Shown here: positions 37,620 to 50,195 of the stretch, piece after piece
Layout: each line of letters starts with the position of its first letter
Numbering within the stretch: the first letter of the stretch is position 1
Source: Protoeuglena noctilucae
Lineage: Eukaryota
Reading direction: 5' to 3'
Assembly: GCA_958009085.1 (NCBI GenBank)
Contig: OY253672.1
Location: 868,001 to 932,000, forward strand
DNA length: 64,000 nt
The notes under the pieces: generated by a model
Seen by the model: only the letters and a program-made list of their open reading frames with translations
The model's database searches: none
Told to the model about the DNA's origin: nothing
Program-made: the position numbers and the translations under genes

Positions 37620-40600
37620 ATGCGGTCGGGAGAGAGAGAGGAGGATCGCGACGGCCTGAACGTCCTGGCCGACGCTGCGGCCGTCGGCAATGACTCGGCC
37701 GGGGCCTCGAGGGCCGCTGCGGGAGAGGATGCGGTGAGCGAGGAGGGGTCTCTGTCCGGTGCAGCCGGGGCGCGGGCCCGCCGGAGCGGCACCCGGGGAG
37801 CCCGGCGGGGCGCCATCGTGCCGCCAGACTGAGATGAGCCCGCACGGCCGGTTCGGCCGCCCGGCTTCGCGCGGCAGCGACGGGTGCCGTCGGGTCCTCT
37901 CCGCAGGCGTTCCCAGCGCCGAGCCTGACGGACCTCGTGGAGTACAAGGTCCTCCAGACGGGCGCGGATGTGCTGGAGCTCAAGTACACGAGCCAGGACA
38001 AGCAGGTGCGAGGGACTTGCGGGAGCGCGGCGCTGCTGGGACGCGCGGGTGCGAGTCGGACCGGCGGAGATTACCGGCGCTTGCAGATCAACATTAACGA
38101 GGTGGCGTCCCTGGAGTGGGGCGGGCTCTCGGGGCTAGGGGGCGAGGCGACCATCGTGTGGCGGGGGCAGCGGTTCGTGGACCCCAACCGTTTCGCGAGG
38201 TTCGTGTACCAGGTCAAGCTGAGGGAGCTGAAGCAGCAGATGGCCGGGCGCGAGAGCGGGGGCGACCCGGGCGGGGTGACCGAGGTCAGCCGTGTCAAGG
38301 GCTGGCAGACGGTCAAGGACGCGGTGTCCAAGCAGTCACTGGAGGCGAGTGGTTTGCCGGGGCGAGGGGCGCGCCCATCTCACGATCATCCCCGCCGACG
38401 TGCTACGTGCTCCCGCCCGTCCGTGCTCTGCAGAAGCTGCGGGGAGACCTGAAGCACAAGCTCGCGAGGGAGCTGGCGACCCCCGCCAAGTCGACCGGGG
38501 GCGCCAAGTCCCGCGGCCGGTCTCCGGCTACGCGGGCCCAGGACGAGGAGGAGGAAGCACCCACGTGGACACTGACGGGTGCGGGCGGGGCGGTCAACCC
38601 GCCTGCGCATCCACGGCCCGCTGGGGCTGGGGTTTCTGATCGCCCTTGGTTTACGTGCGGACGCAGGGACCGACGTGAGAGAGGACCCCATCCTGAGGCG
38701 GCTGCTATGCGCACATGACGGGTGCACGAGCGTGGCCAAGTTTGGCGCAGATGGGGGGCCCCCACGGCACTGCGCGGCGCACCGGGGCGACGGGAACGTC
38801 TTGTCGGACTCGCAGCTGTGCAGCGAGGGCGACTGCCTGGCCGTGGCGCTGTGGGGAGCGCCGGGAGGGCCGGCGACGTGCTGCAGGGCGCACCGGCGAG
38901 AGGACATGGTCCTAGCGTCGGACCGGCTCTGCGCGCGGGACGGCTGCAAGCGGCCCGCCACGCACGGGGACGCCGGCGACGTGCCGCAGCACTGCGCGGA
39001 GCACGGGTGGATGGCGGGCGGGGTGGAGGTGACGCTGCCCCTGGCCGAGGCTTCGGGGGAGAGCAAGGCGTGCGGCTGCGACGGCTGCGATAACCTGGCG
39101 ACAGTGGGAAGGCCGGGAGTGGGCCGGGAGCGCTGCGAGCTCCACATGGAAGAGGGCATGCTGAGTTGGTGCTCGTACGCGGCCTGCCCGCGGATGGCGG
39201 AGGGCATGCCGCCCATTTGCCGTCTGCACTGGGTCCAGCAGGAGCGCTGGTTCCCCGAGGACGGCTCGGATGGGGAGGAGAAGGCGGGAGGTGAGACCGC
39301 AGAGGGGTTCATAACGGACGACGCAATGTGCGTCTGGAAAGCGAGATTCGCCGCCCCGTGGGACCGAAAGCGGGCATGTGATTGCTATCACGCTTACTCA
39401 TAGACCACTAGAAATGAATGGATAGATGCCGGGGCCCGTCCGTCGCAAGCTGTGTGTGGTGCTGTGCGCCATTACTGTGCTTCGGGCTCCCGCGCGCACT
39501 CGCTCGCTCGCTGGCATCTAGCGGCCCCGCGGTTCCCGCAGATGCTGGCGATGGTCAGGAGGAGGAGGTTACCGGCGGGGCGGAGGCCGCGGAGGAGGCG
39601 CGGCCGGGGGAGGCGGCGGAGTCGCAAGGAGCGTGGCTGGGACCCATCGCGGTTTCGCGCAACAGCATCCGGAACCCGAATCTTAAGATGAAGTACACGA
39701 TGCCAGCGCGGGGAGAGCAGTTTATGGCGATCCAGGCCGCGGTGCGGAAGGCCCTGCACAAGCCGGCCAGCTACCGCGTGACGAGTCCGTCGTTCACGGT
39801 CGGCCACAGCCTCCGCTGGAGCCCCGCGGAGCTCAAGAAGCACGCCACGGAGGTGCTGTCGAGCAGCCCGGACGTCAAAGCCGCGTTCGAGACACTTTAC
39901 GCGGCCTGCAAAGGAGGCATCGAGGACGCCATCAAGGCGGCCCTGGGCGGGTGAGTGGCAGCCGTGCAGGGACACAAGTGGGTCGCAGCGACGACGTTGG
40001 TGGGGACCCGTCCCTCACCAGGCGCTGGAGATGCGCCACAGCGCTCTTTTGTGATTTGTGTGTTGATGTGTCTGGACTCCCTCTCGCAGATGGGAGGCTG
40101 CGGTGAAGAGGTCGCTGGTGGAGGCGGCGCAGACGCACAAGCCCGTCCTGGTGGGCGCGCGGTGTGATGAGGGGAACTGCACGCGCCCTCCGAGGTATGG
40201 GGCCGAGGGCCAGCTGCCGACGCGATGCGTGCTGCACAAGCAGCCGGGGCAGGTGGAGCTGAGGGGCAGGTGCGCAGAGCCGGGGACCTGGCCCACCTGC
40301 GGGGAGTCCCCCTGCACGAGACGGGCCACGTTCAACAAGCCTGGGGTGCTGCCGCCCGTCGCCTGCGCGCTGCACAAGACAGCCGGCATGGAGCTCGTGG
40401 TCCGGCTGAGCAAGGCCCCGAGGTGCGGATACGGCGACTGGCGAGCAATCTGCGCGCCGGGCGGGAGCTGGGCAGACGGGCATGCACATGCCTGGCAAGA
40501 GACACGATTGCACCAGACAGTACACAGCAGCTTCCTCTCTGTCTTGCCCGCAGCTCTGCGCCGCGCGCGGGGGCGTCTGCTGCGCACGCAGGCGCGAAGG

Positions 40601-43600
40601 GACCGAAGGTGGAGGTGCGGGGTGGCTTGGCTGCGGTGGGCCAGCCCGCGCCCCAGGCCCTGGCGCCTGCCGTCGCTGACGTGGCGATGGCGGAGGGGGA
40701 CGCCGTAGACCGCGCGGGCGCAGCCGCGGCTGGGGTTGCAGGCGGCGATGGTCAGGCGGTGGCGGTGGCGCCATTCCCGGTCGCACCGGGGGCGGCTCTG
40801 GGGCCGGCGCTGGGCAAACGGCCGGCGGAGGGCAACGCGGCGGACGAGGCGGAGAGGAAGAGAGCGCGGAGCGCGACACAGTTCGACCTGCCGGACACCG
40901 CGCTGGCGGCCGGCGCGCCCGGGCCGGACGCGCCCGCGCAGGAGGAGCGGGCGGAGCTGGGGGCGGCTCCCAAGCTGCCCGCGCCCACGCGTATGCAGAC
41001 GCGGGGCCGCCACGTGGTCATCCCCGGGGTGAAGCGGGTCGAGAAGGTGGACACGGAGGCGGGGGTGGGCCCGCTGCAGAGAGGGCCGCTGCCAGGCGGG
41101 GCTGGCCAGGGCGCCACGCCTGGGGTGGACCCGGGGGTGCCTGTGCCCATCGCGCCCCTCGCCCCCAACGCGCGGCCCGTGCTGCCGATCGGCGGGGAAG
41201 GTGAGGCCGCGCGTACAGGCTTCGCGGCTTTGGCATAGTTCTGTTGTCCTGAGCCACGCCGACCACGCCTTAGGTCACTGTCGAGAACGCATGAAGCTGC
41301 ACCTCAAGACCTGGTGCTCGTTCGCCCTTTGCCTGCAGGGTTCGTGGTGGGGATGGAAGCGGACGACGACGAGGACTTTGGTGACGGCAGGGCCGTGCCG
41401 GTGGTCCCTCGCCCTCCGGCCTACACGCTCAGTGAGTGTCATTGCCAGGCTGGGACGCGTCTTCGCATCGGCGATGCCTGGGCCGTGTTGCGATCGCGTA
41501 ATTCTGATTCTTTCGTGGCTAGTGGCGCTGGCCATGTCGCCGACGAAGGGTGAAAGGGAGGGAGGGCTTGCACACGTGCCGAGGGAAGGGACCTTACAAC
41601 CTGATGCGCTCTCACCACCTCATAACTCGTCGACCCCTCGCCACCCCCGCAGTGCGCAACGACGAGACGGGCAAGCCCATCGAGAACATCAACGAGATCA
41701 TCAAGCTCGTCACCATGCAGATGCCCCACCGCAACGTCCTCGGGAACGACGAGGAGCGGCAGGCCGCAGATCGTGCTCTGGACAAGGCCATTGCATTCCT
41801 CGTGTCGCTCCTCGTCGGATACGTCCTCAACTCGGTGGTGAGCGCTCGGGCCGCCCCGCAGCTGATTTGAAGCACACCTGTGCGCGTCATGTGTCTCGCA
41901 CCCTTGTCAAATGCCTTGTGGCCCACACCGCCTGCATGGCAGTGGCCCACACCACCTGCATGGCAATGGCCCCGGACACGGCAAGGTGGCTGGGAGTAGT
42001 ACCTTTGCCGCAGTAAAGCACTTTCTGACTCTTTGTTCTCGCCTGTCGCCCCCCGCAGTACCCCAGCGGGCTCGTGTGGAAGAGCCTCCCGACCGTGCTG
42101 CGGCGGCGGGTGTCGACGTTCCTGCAGGGCCTGCCCGAGGTGCTCACGCGCGAGGCCAAGTCCACCCGCAAGATCGAGCAGTCGAAGCCGGAGATGTTCG
42201 ACGCCGCCATGGACATGCTGGGTCTGCCGTCCTGGGAGCGCATGGTGGACATCCTGACCGACACGCAGCAGCGGGGGCGCGCGCGGCGCAACCTTCTCTC
42301 CATCTTCAACGGCTGGAAGGACGAGCTGGAGCGGCAGGGGCAGATGCGGGGGGTGTTCGAGTCGAGGGTGAGGGAGGTCGTGCACCGACTGGTCACCACC
42401 ATCGCCGAGCAGGCCAAGAGGTCCTACGCCAACTCCCCGGGGCACTACGCCGCCACCATGAGGCTCCTGGCCTCCACGGCCGCCTCGCAGGCGCCCCCGC
42501 CCAAGGCCAGCCGGGCGGGTGAGTCGAGGGCTGTGAGGATGAGGACGTCCCACAACACAGGCAGGCTGGTTGTGATGCGGGGTTCGTTTCAATTCGATCG
42601 TTGCGCAAACTAAGCAGTGGGGCAGGCGCACCTCCTCGCGACAGCACGTGTGCTAACAGTATGTTGGCGCTTTTATGCTCTCCTGCCGCAGGGGGCCGAG
42701 CGCCCAGGGAGGCCCGCAGCAACCGCGCCGCGCGCTCGACCACCCCGACGGCCGCCCGCGGAGGCGCCAACGGATCCCGGCGCCGCGCCTCGTCCCCGGC
42801 CAAGGACCCAGCCCCAGCCGAGCCGCACGAGGGCCCCCCCGCGGCCGGGTTCAGCGACGCCTGGCAGCCGCAGTTCCTCGACGCCATCGCCACCATGCCC
42901 ATGCCGGGCTTCCCGGGTGCCCCGCGCATCGACGCCACCTTCCCGCCCTTCCCGCTGACCTTCCCCCGCCAGCCGCCGCCCGGGCTCGGCATGCCGCCCC
43001 GGCCCTGGGGCCCGCCGCCCCACTGGCCTGGTGCCCCTTGGATGCCTTTCGGCATAGGCCCTTTCGTGTCCACTGAGCCCATCGGCCTGCGCCGCAATAC
43101 CCTAGACGACCTCGCCCACGTGGCCAGCCAGGACGTGTCAGAGTCTCCCATGGAGGCGAAGAAGGCGCTGCGGAACGCGCCGGCCTCCGCGCCCGTCGGG
43201 ATGGGCCACGGCATGGCAGTGGTGAGTGCGGTGTGAGAGAAGGGTCGTAGACGTGGGGGGTCTGTCAAGGGTTCTGGATGCTCGGGCAGGCACTGCAGGG
43301 GTTCTGTTTATGTCGAGGCATGCGCTGGTGCGGAGATGGTGCTGCAGGGGCGGTGCAGCAGGGGCCTGTTAAGGTGCCGGGCTTGGTTTCTGAGCTGTTG
43401 ATTCGACGGTGGTCCATTGATGGTTCATTACGCCTTAACGACTTTTAGTCACCTCTCTGCGTCTCGCTCACCACGTCAGCCACCTCTGTGCGCGTTGCTT
43501 ACCACGACTGAACACAGAAATCTCCGCCGTCCCCACAGGGTGTCGGGCCGAGGGACGTATGGGCAGGGACGGACGACATGACCCCATGGCGCATCGGGGA

Positions 43601-46600
43601 GCCCCCAGAGCTGGTGACGGCCCTCGCCGTGTCCTCGGCGGTCCTCGGTTCCGGCAGCCAGAAGGGATCGGTGTGGCTGTGGGACCTGCACGGGCACGGG
43701 GCTCCCGAGGAGTTGACTGGGCACGCGGGGCCCGTGTCTGTCGTCGCCTTTGCGGCCAACGGGGCGCTGGTGCTCTCCGGCAGCGCGGACGGGTCCCTGC
43801 GCGTCTGGACCGTGGCTTCCAAGCGGCCTGTGCTCACGGTGTCGGCCCAGGTGGGGCCCATCACCTGCATGGCGGTGCGGGAGGCGGCCGACGGGGGCAG
43901 GGCGATCGTCGCAATCGGGGGCACGTCCGGCAAGGTGGAGGGGCGGCGGCTGTTCTACAAGCCGGGTCAGGTCGAGAACGCCACGATTGAGCTGGCCTTC
44001 GCGGCGTGGGAGGCGCACGCGGGGCGGGTGGTGGCTGTGACGTGGCACGGGGACTCGACGCTGGTGACGGCGGGCGCGGACACGGCGATCCGCGCGTGGC
44101 GGCACCCGACGAAGCGATCGGACTGCGTCACGGTGCACGGCTCGGGGACCGCCGTGACGGCCTTGGCGGGCAGCACGGCCCCGGGGTTCGGAGTGCTGGT
44201 GGGCGATGCGTCGGGGGCCATTTACGCCATCGAGGGGCTGCCGGACGCGCCGCGCCTCAAGGCCCTCGACCTGACCTGCCGCAAGGGCGTGGCTGCGCTG
44301 GCCGTGGACTCCCAGGGCCGGTCTGTCCTGGCGGGGGCGCGCGGGCGGGTGGCGGCGTGCGTGTACGAATGGACGGGCGCGGACGCGGCGGGCTCGGCGA
44401 GCCTGGAGCTCACGGCGGGCCCCGCGCAGGGTGCGGTGTCGCTGGACGAAACGCTGTGCGTGGCGATCAGCGCGGACGGGCAGTGGGTGGCGCTGAGCAG
44501 CAAGCTCGAGCCGGGGCAGGTGTTCGTGCAGGAATTACACAGCGGGGAGCGGCGGACGCTTAGCTTGAGTCCCGCGATGGGCGCCCGGGCCCAGGGGGCG
44601 TGGGGCGCGGGCGTGGCGCATGCGCCTGGGGGCGACTTCGTGCTGTCGCTGAATCTGGAGGACCGGGAGAGTCGGGAGCAGCTCGCGCGGGCCAGCGGCG
44701 CAGCGGCGCAGCGTTTCCAAGTGAGCCAGTGTGTCGCAGGGTGTTGTCAGGGTGTTGCCAGGCTGGCATGGGGAACGCCGTGCGATGCCCAGGCAGGGCG
44801 ACCGGGTGCCCAGAGCGGGGCCCGCCATCGCATATAATACATGGATGCTCGTTCTCGTTAGGCCAATTTCTTGTGTAGTATCAGATGGAGTGCCTTTAAC
44901 GCTACGTACATCATGGCGTGGCCGCACGGTCCAACGGCAGTCCACGCACGCACCCCCGCAGGACTTAGCGTTTTCAGATGACGTGGCTGATTTCCGTATC
45001 ACTGGCAAGAGTCTCTCCAGGATCGCCGAGGCGGTGTCCGTCCTCTGCAAGAGCATGGTGCGATGCTGCTAAGCTTTACCTCGCACATCCATGCCTGCAC
45101 CGCGCATGGCTCGCCCACACTCCCCCACTCCTGCCGCTCTCCCCGCAGTCATTCTCACGCGTCAGCGGGCAGCTGGTCGTGCCCAGCAGCCGCGGGGCTT
45201 GCCTCTTCAGGGACGTGAACAGAACGACAGTGAGTGCGCCTTGCATCTCACGTCACTGCGATGACCCGGACCCCTCCTTTGCCCATCCGTGCCCTCTAGC
45301 ATGCCTTCTCTCATCTGCCACCATCGCATGACTGCACCTGTCTGCGCCCCAAGTGACACTTCGCCTGCCTACCGCCGCAGCTACCCTCGCTGGTGCGGCT
45401 GCAAGTCAACGCAGCGGATGCAGAGACTTCCGTCCACTTCGGCATCTCCACGCGCAACGACGCGAGCGCCACCGCGAGCGCCCCGCAGCAGCTGGGGAGC
45501 CTGATGGCCGCCTTTGCGCAGCGCATGTCCGCGGTAGTCACGGCGAGGGCCGCACGCCGCGCTACGTGCTTTGACCGTGTCGTCACGTTTCTCTTGCACT
45601 GACCATACCATCACGTCCATCTAGCATACATGAGCATCCATGAGCCATCTTACTGGATCGTTGTTGATCTATGGCCCATGCGCGTACGCTTGGCGGGGTG
45701 GCCGCCATGTCTCATTGCAGGCAGCATGACGCACAACCCTGCCCGCTTCCGTGCGCAGGAAGAGGTGCGGACGCAGACGTACAGGGTGGACGGCGCGGGG
45801 GACAGCATGTGGACGTTGGAAGGGTCCGGGTCGGGGTGGGGAACAAAGCCGGCGCCCACGCTGCCAGCCAACCAAAAGGTAAAGGACACAGAGAAAATGA
45901 CGAAAGGGATGAGCGAGGGAGACGGAACGGGGGCGCGGGGGGGCTCAGAGCCGGTGATTATGCGGGAGGGTGGTGCGGGTGCCGGTGCGGGTGGCATTGT
46001 TGGTGGCGGTGCAGGGATCCCCCTCACAGAGGGCGAGCGGTGCTTGTTGACATTCCGCCTCGAGGAAGGCCCCGTGGTGACGGAGTTGGTGCGTGTGATG
46101 ACCTTGCTTGACGACCCGACGGGAGAGCTTGTGGTTTTGGAAAGAGAGGCGCCATCAACAGATGTAGGAGACCTGGTGGTGTCGGTGAGCGGCAGCCTGC
46201 GTTTCAAGACGGGTGGCAGGGCCGCCTGGGTGTGGGGAGGGAGGTAGTTTTGCTATGGACGAGCCCGGAGGGTTGCTGGGCGGATGGGCATGTGGCGCAG
46301 GTGGCGGTTGCTGGGGTGTGGCTGCAGGTCCCCATGCCTCGCTGCCTCCTCCACGCTTGCAGGTCTTGCGGGCAGACATAACGAAAGTAAAAAACAAGGA
46401 CAACTTTGTGGCGGAGGCAAGGGAGAAAGCGGCCGAGCCACCTATCCCGCAGCAGGCCACCGTTGTGGCATTCAAAGATTCAAACGTGCTCCTCAAGCTG
46501 GGCCAGGGGCGGGGCAAAGTCGTATCAGTGAGTCTGCGTGGCCGTTGCCCATGCTTTTTCCCCATGCTGGCTCACGGGTGGGGCGTACGGGCAGGGGGTA

Positions 46601-47088
46601 GTACAGGCGGGGCGTCGGGCCAAGGCTGCAGCAGAGGCGTCAAATGAGTCCCTGTGTTCCCTCCCTCGCAGGTGCCGCTGGAGTGGATTCGGGTGGTGAC
46701 GGACCCCTCTCATCCCGAACTGGAGAGCGTTATGATGCCGCTGTTGCAGAGATTCCGGGACATGCACAAGCGAGACCCCGAATGGCAAGAGAAGTTTGAG
46801 CGGTGGGACCTGGGGGCGTGGTGGTACAACCGCAAGCTGCACTTGGGCGAGAATCCCGCGGCGCCCCCGAGCAAGGAGGCACTGGCGCGGCGATCCCAGC
46901 GAAATGACACCATGCTGACGGCGCCGGTGGGGGCGATGGGGCTGCGCGACGGAGAGACGCGGACGGTACTTGTCGAAGAGCACACCGTGGAGGGCGCGCA
47001 TGCCTGTCCAGGCCGAGGTGACGAGATGATGGGGGGAGGGCGTGGGAGTGCAAGGTTTTATACGCGCTCCGGTCCAGTTTCGGAATGA
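37620..47088 (+). CDS. ~2,100-aa multidomain protein: RAMA-like domain + 7 EsV-1-7-type Cys/His repeats + unknown helical regions + WD40 + possible Tudor/SH3-like barrels
   Basis: About 19 exons join in frame through phase-compatible splice sites, including intron 43222-43538, which links the N-terminal half to the WD40 exon. The true start may lie further upstream (e.g. 37242). Confidence 0.72.
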
Positions 47089-47416
47089 CGAGAATGCAGA
47101 CACCACCAATTCGCATGTGCGTTGCTCATTAGAGCGGATTGAAGCCAGCAACGAGTACACTGACAGTACGGCCAATGCATGGAGAGAGTCGAGAGTTCAA
47201 TGCCGTTCATGCGCATGGGGCTCTGGCAGCCAATGCCGAGCGTCTAGACAAAGCTTCAGGCATGGGGTGATGGGGAGAGGGACACGCTGGCAGGCGCAGG
47301 GAGCAGGGAGCATGCACTACGTCGCCACAAGCAGCACGGCAGCGACACGCGTGGGTAAGCCCCCACGACACCCCGTGAATTGAGGCATCGCATTCGATGG
47401 TGCCGCTGCTCACTGC

Positions 47417-49917
47417 TCACACCGTCACTAACGCCTTCTCCTTCCACAGCTGCACCAGGCGCTGTGCCGCCTCCTTGCGCTCGCTCAGGCTCTGCAGATG
47501 CCACGCACACAGCACCTGACATCACTGCTTCTCTCTCGCCACGGTCAGCGCCTGGCATCACTGCCCATCTCATCACTGCCCCGCCATCGCCACAATCAGC
47601 GTCTAACCTCCACAGCCCCGCTCTCTCACGCTGCCAGCTGCATGGCGCGTTGTCTGCACAAACACAACTCATTACCCTCACCTTGCTGTTCTCCGTGAAC
47701 GACTCGGAAGTCTCCTCGAAGCTCGCGACGACGGGGGCAGAGGGCTGCACCGCCTCCTTCTCCTCCACCTCCTCAGCCACCACCTTGTCCTCCGTCTTGC
47801 TCTCAGCCTTGTCCTCCATCTTGCTCTCAGCCTTGCTCTCAGCCTTGCTCTCAACCTTGCTCTCCACCTTGTTCTCCACCTTGCTCTCGGGCTTGTTCTC
47901 AGCCTTGCTCGGCACCTGCGCCCATCACATGACCATCATCACCAACGCCTTCCCGTGTCGCCCGGCCCGCTGCACCCTTGCACAGACGCTCCGGTGGCAC
48001 GCATTCCGAAGCCACGTCGGATGCACAGCCAGGGCGCTCGTCTCATGCACAGCCGACGCAGCCCACACGCCACATGCGCCTCTCGCCTCGCTCGCCGTCG
48101 ACTTGCTCCCCTCGTCCAGCAGCGCCTTGGCCACCTTCTTCAAATCCTGGCCCGCCTCGTCCAAAGCCAACTCCTGCCCCACCTTCTGCGCCAACAACCA
48201 CCGAACACAACACCCATCAACCGTGCCCGGCATTGCCGGGCGCTTTAGAGCTCAACGCTGGTCGCTGCAAGCGTTCCTCTTCCCCTGAAAAATGCTCAGT
48301 GCGCTTCCCAACATGGCTACGGCCCTGTGGTTCCGTCCTACCTGCACGAACCGCCCTCGCCACCCCTCTTCACTCGCCTGGATGGCCCCGACCGTCTCCC
48401 GGCGCGTGTCGGCGAAGAGCAGGCGCGTGAAGGCAAGGCGCGCGATGGCGATGGAGCCGATGAGCTCCATGACCGTCTCCATCTCATTGAAGAGAACGAA
48501 CCCCGCGCCCGCCAGCGCCCCCAGGGCCAGGCCACCCTTGGTGAGCGTCGGGGAAGCCTTAAAGTCCTCCGCCAGGTTGTCCATGCCAGACTTGATGTTC
48601 TTCAGGTCCACGCTCGGAAGGCTGCGGCCGAAAACCCAACGGAGGTGAGACGCGGCGACCCATGGGACGTCGCGAGCACAGAGCGCCACCCTTGGCCCAC
48701 ATGGGGTCGCCTCGCAGGCATCCATTAGCGAGCGATGTTCATCAGCAGGCACCTGAAGGTGAAAGGCTCCTTCCACGGCACTCCGGCGCTCTTCCACGCC
48801 TCGGCGCCACCGGAGACGCAGACGACCTGGGTCACGCCCGCCTCCTTGACGGCAGCCTCCGCAGCCTGGCGCGCCAGCTTGCCGTCGTTGTCGAGGATGA
48901 CAACCACCGTATCGGGCTTGACGCGGCGCTTCAGACTGGTGACGAACTGCGGGCGGCGGGTTGAGGGAGCGGCTCAATTCCCGCCCACCTCACCAAGCCG
49001 TGCGTGCTCGGTTGCCGGAGAACGAAATCAGGCGTCAGCTGGTCACCTGCTCGGCGGGGACGACCTTGCCCTTGACCAACTTCGTGAACGGGATGGCCTC
49101 GGGGCTCTTGCGGAGCTGGCGGAGGTCGGGCGAGCCCGTCTTCTTGGCCTGCAAAACACGCCGTGCACGGCGCCGTCGATGCATCCGCCGCTCCGACATG
49201 GCGATCCCGAACGCGCTGAGGACGAATTTGGAGGCTGACGGCGCCGGAAGCGCTCACCTCGGCTAACGAGCGCACATCGACGAGCACGGCCTCAGGCTTT
49301 GCTTTCAGAAGCTCGAAGGCCTTCGAGGAATCGAGGGTCTTTACGGCCGACCCCTTGCTCCGGAAGGCCAAGAAAGCGGCGCCCCCCGCCACGAAGGCCG
49401 CGCCGGCGCCTCCCGCGGCAAGAACCAGCGGGTCCTCCGGCAGCGCGAAGTCGACGGGAGGGAGCTCGGGCTGGGGCTCGGGGACGTCCAGGGACGGCGC
49501 CTCGGAGACCTCGACCGCTACAGGAGATGAGGCAGGCGTCTTGGCTTCGACGGCGACCTCCAGGCGCACGGGTTCCCTGCACCGGCAGACGAGCGCACCA
49601 GAGGTCACCATCATCCGAAACAAACCAGGCGTCCGCGGGCTTTCCGGGGCCCGCGCGAGACAAGGAGGGAGCTTGAACTAGACGAGGCACGATCGGCGAT
49701 CGGCCGCCGCCCCCGTCCGCCGCGACGCTTTTCCCCCAGACCTGCGATAGCCCTTCGCGAGCGCATCGTAGGCGGAGGCGTCGATCGCCAAGGCGGGGCT
49801 GGCCGACAGAAGCACGACTGCCAGGGCGACATCACGGCTCGCGGGGTGCGCGCGCGCGGCGACGCTCGGCCGACTCGCGCGCCCCGGGAGGGACATGCCC
49901 TTCGCCGACAACGCCAT
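47417..49917 (-). CDS. Thylakoid rhodanese-like protein (TROL/STR4-like), multi-exon
   Basis: Transit peptide with ALA cleavage motif, TM helix, rhodanese domain (AVLVDVR, GSPDLR, VVILD..G, GGAEAWKSAGVPWKEP), then EMETVMELIGS..RLLFA. Confidence 0.8.
47780..47912 (-). repeat. 12-bp coding tandem repeat (K-x-E-S/N/D)n
   Basis: Encodes KAENKPESKVENKVESKVESKAESKAESKMEDKAESKTEDK. Confidence 0.85.
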
Positions 49918-50195
49918 CTCTCCGTGCGCACTACGAAGTTCAATCGGAATTTCTAGGCCACGGGGCAGGCGATGCACAGATCCTTCATTAAACCGGAGTT
50001 CTGACGGGAGGGTAAACCCAGTGACCAACAAAGAGCACCCCCGTGGGAATTCATCATCAAGGCTAGGTTGACCGCGCCCACAATGGTCCCGGCGCAAGGG
50101 ATCACGGTCTCGTGGAAACGTGCTGATGGCCCAGCGGCGCACGGCGGCGTCCCCGCGGGAAGCGTGCCGACTCATGTGAAGCAGAAGAGCCTTTT

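Noticed and set aside
43578..44837. WD40 ORF as a stand-alone gene (e.g. Ctf4/AND-1)
   Set aside because: An in-frame acceptor at 43538 links it to the upstream exon, and no SepB/HMG region is visible.
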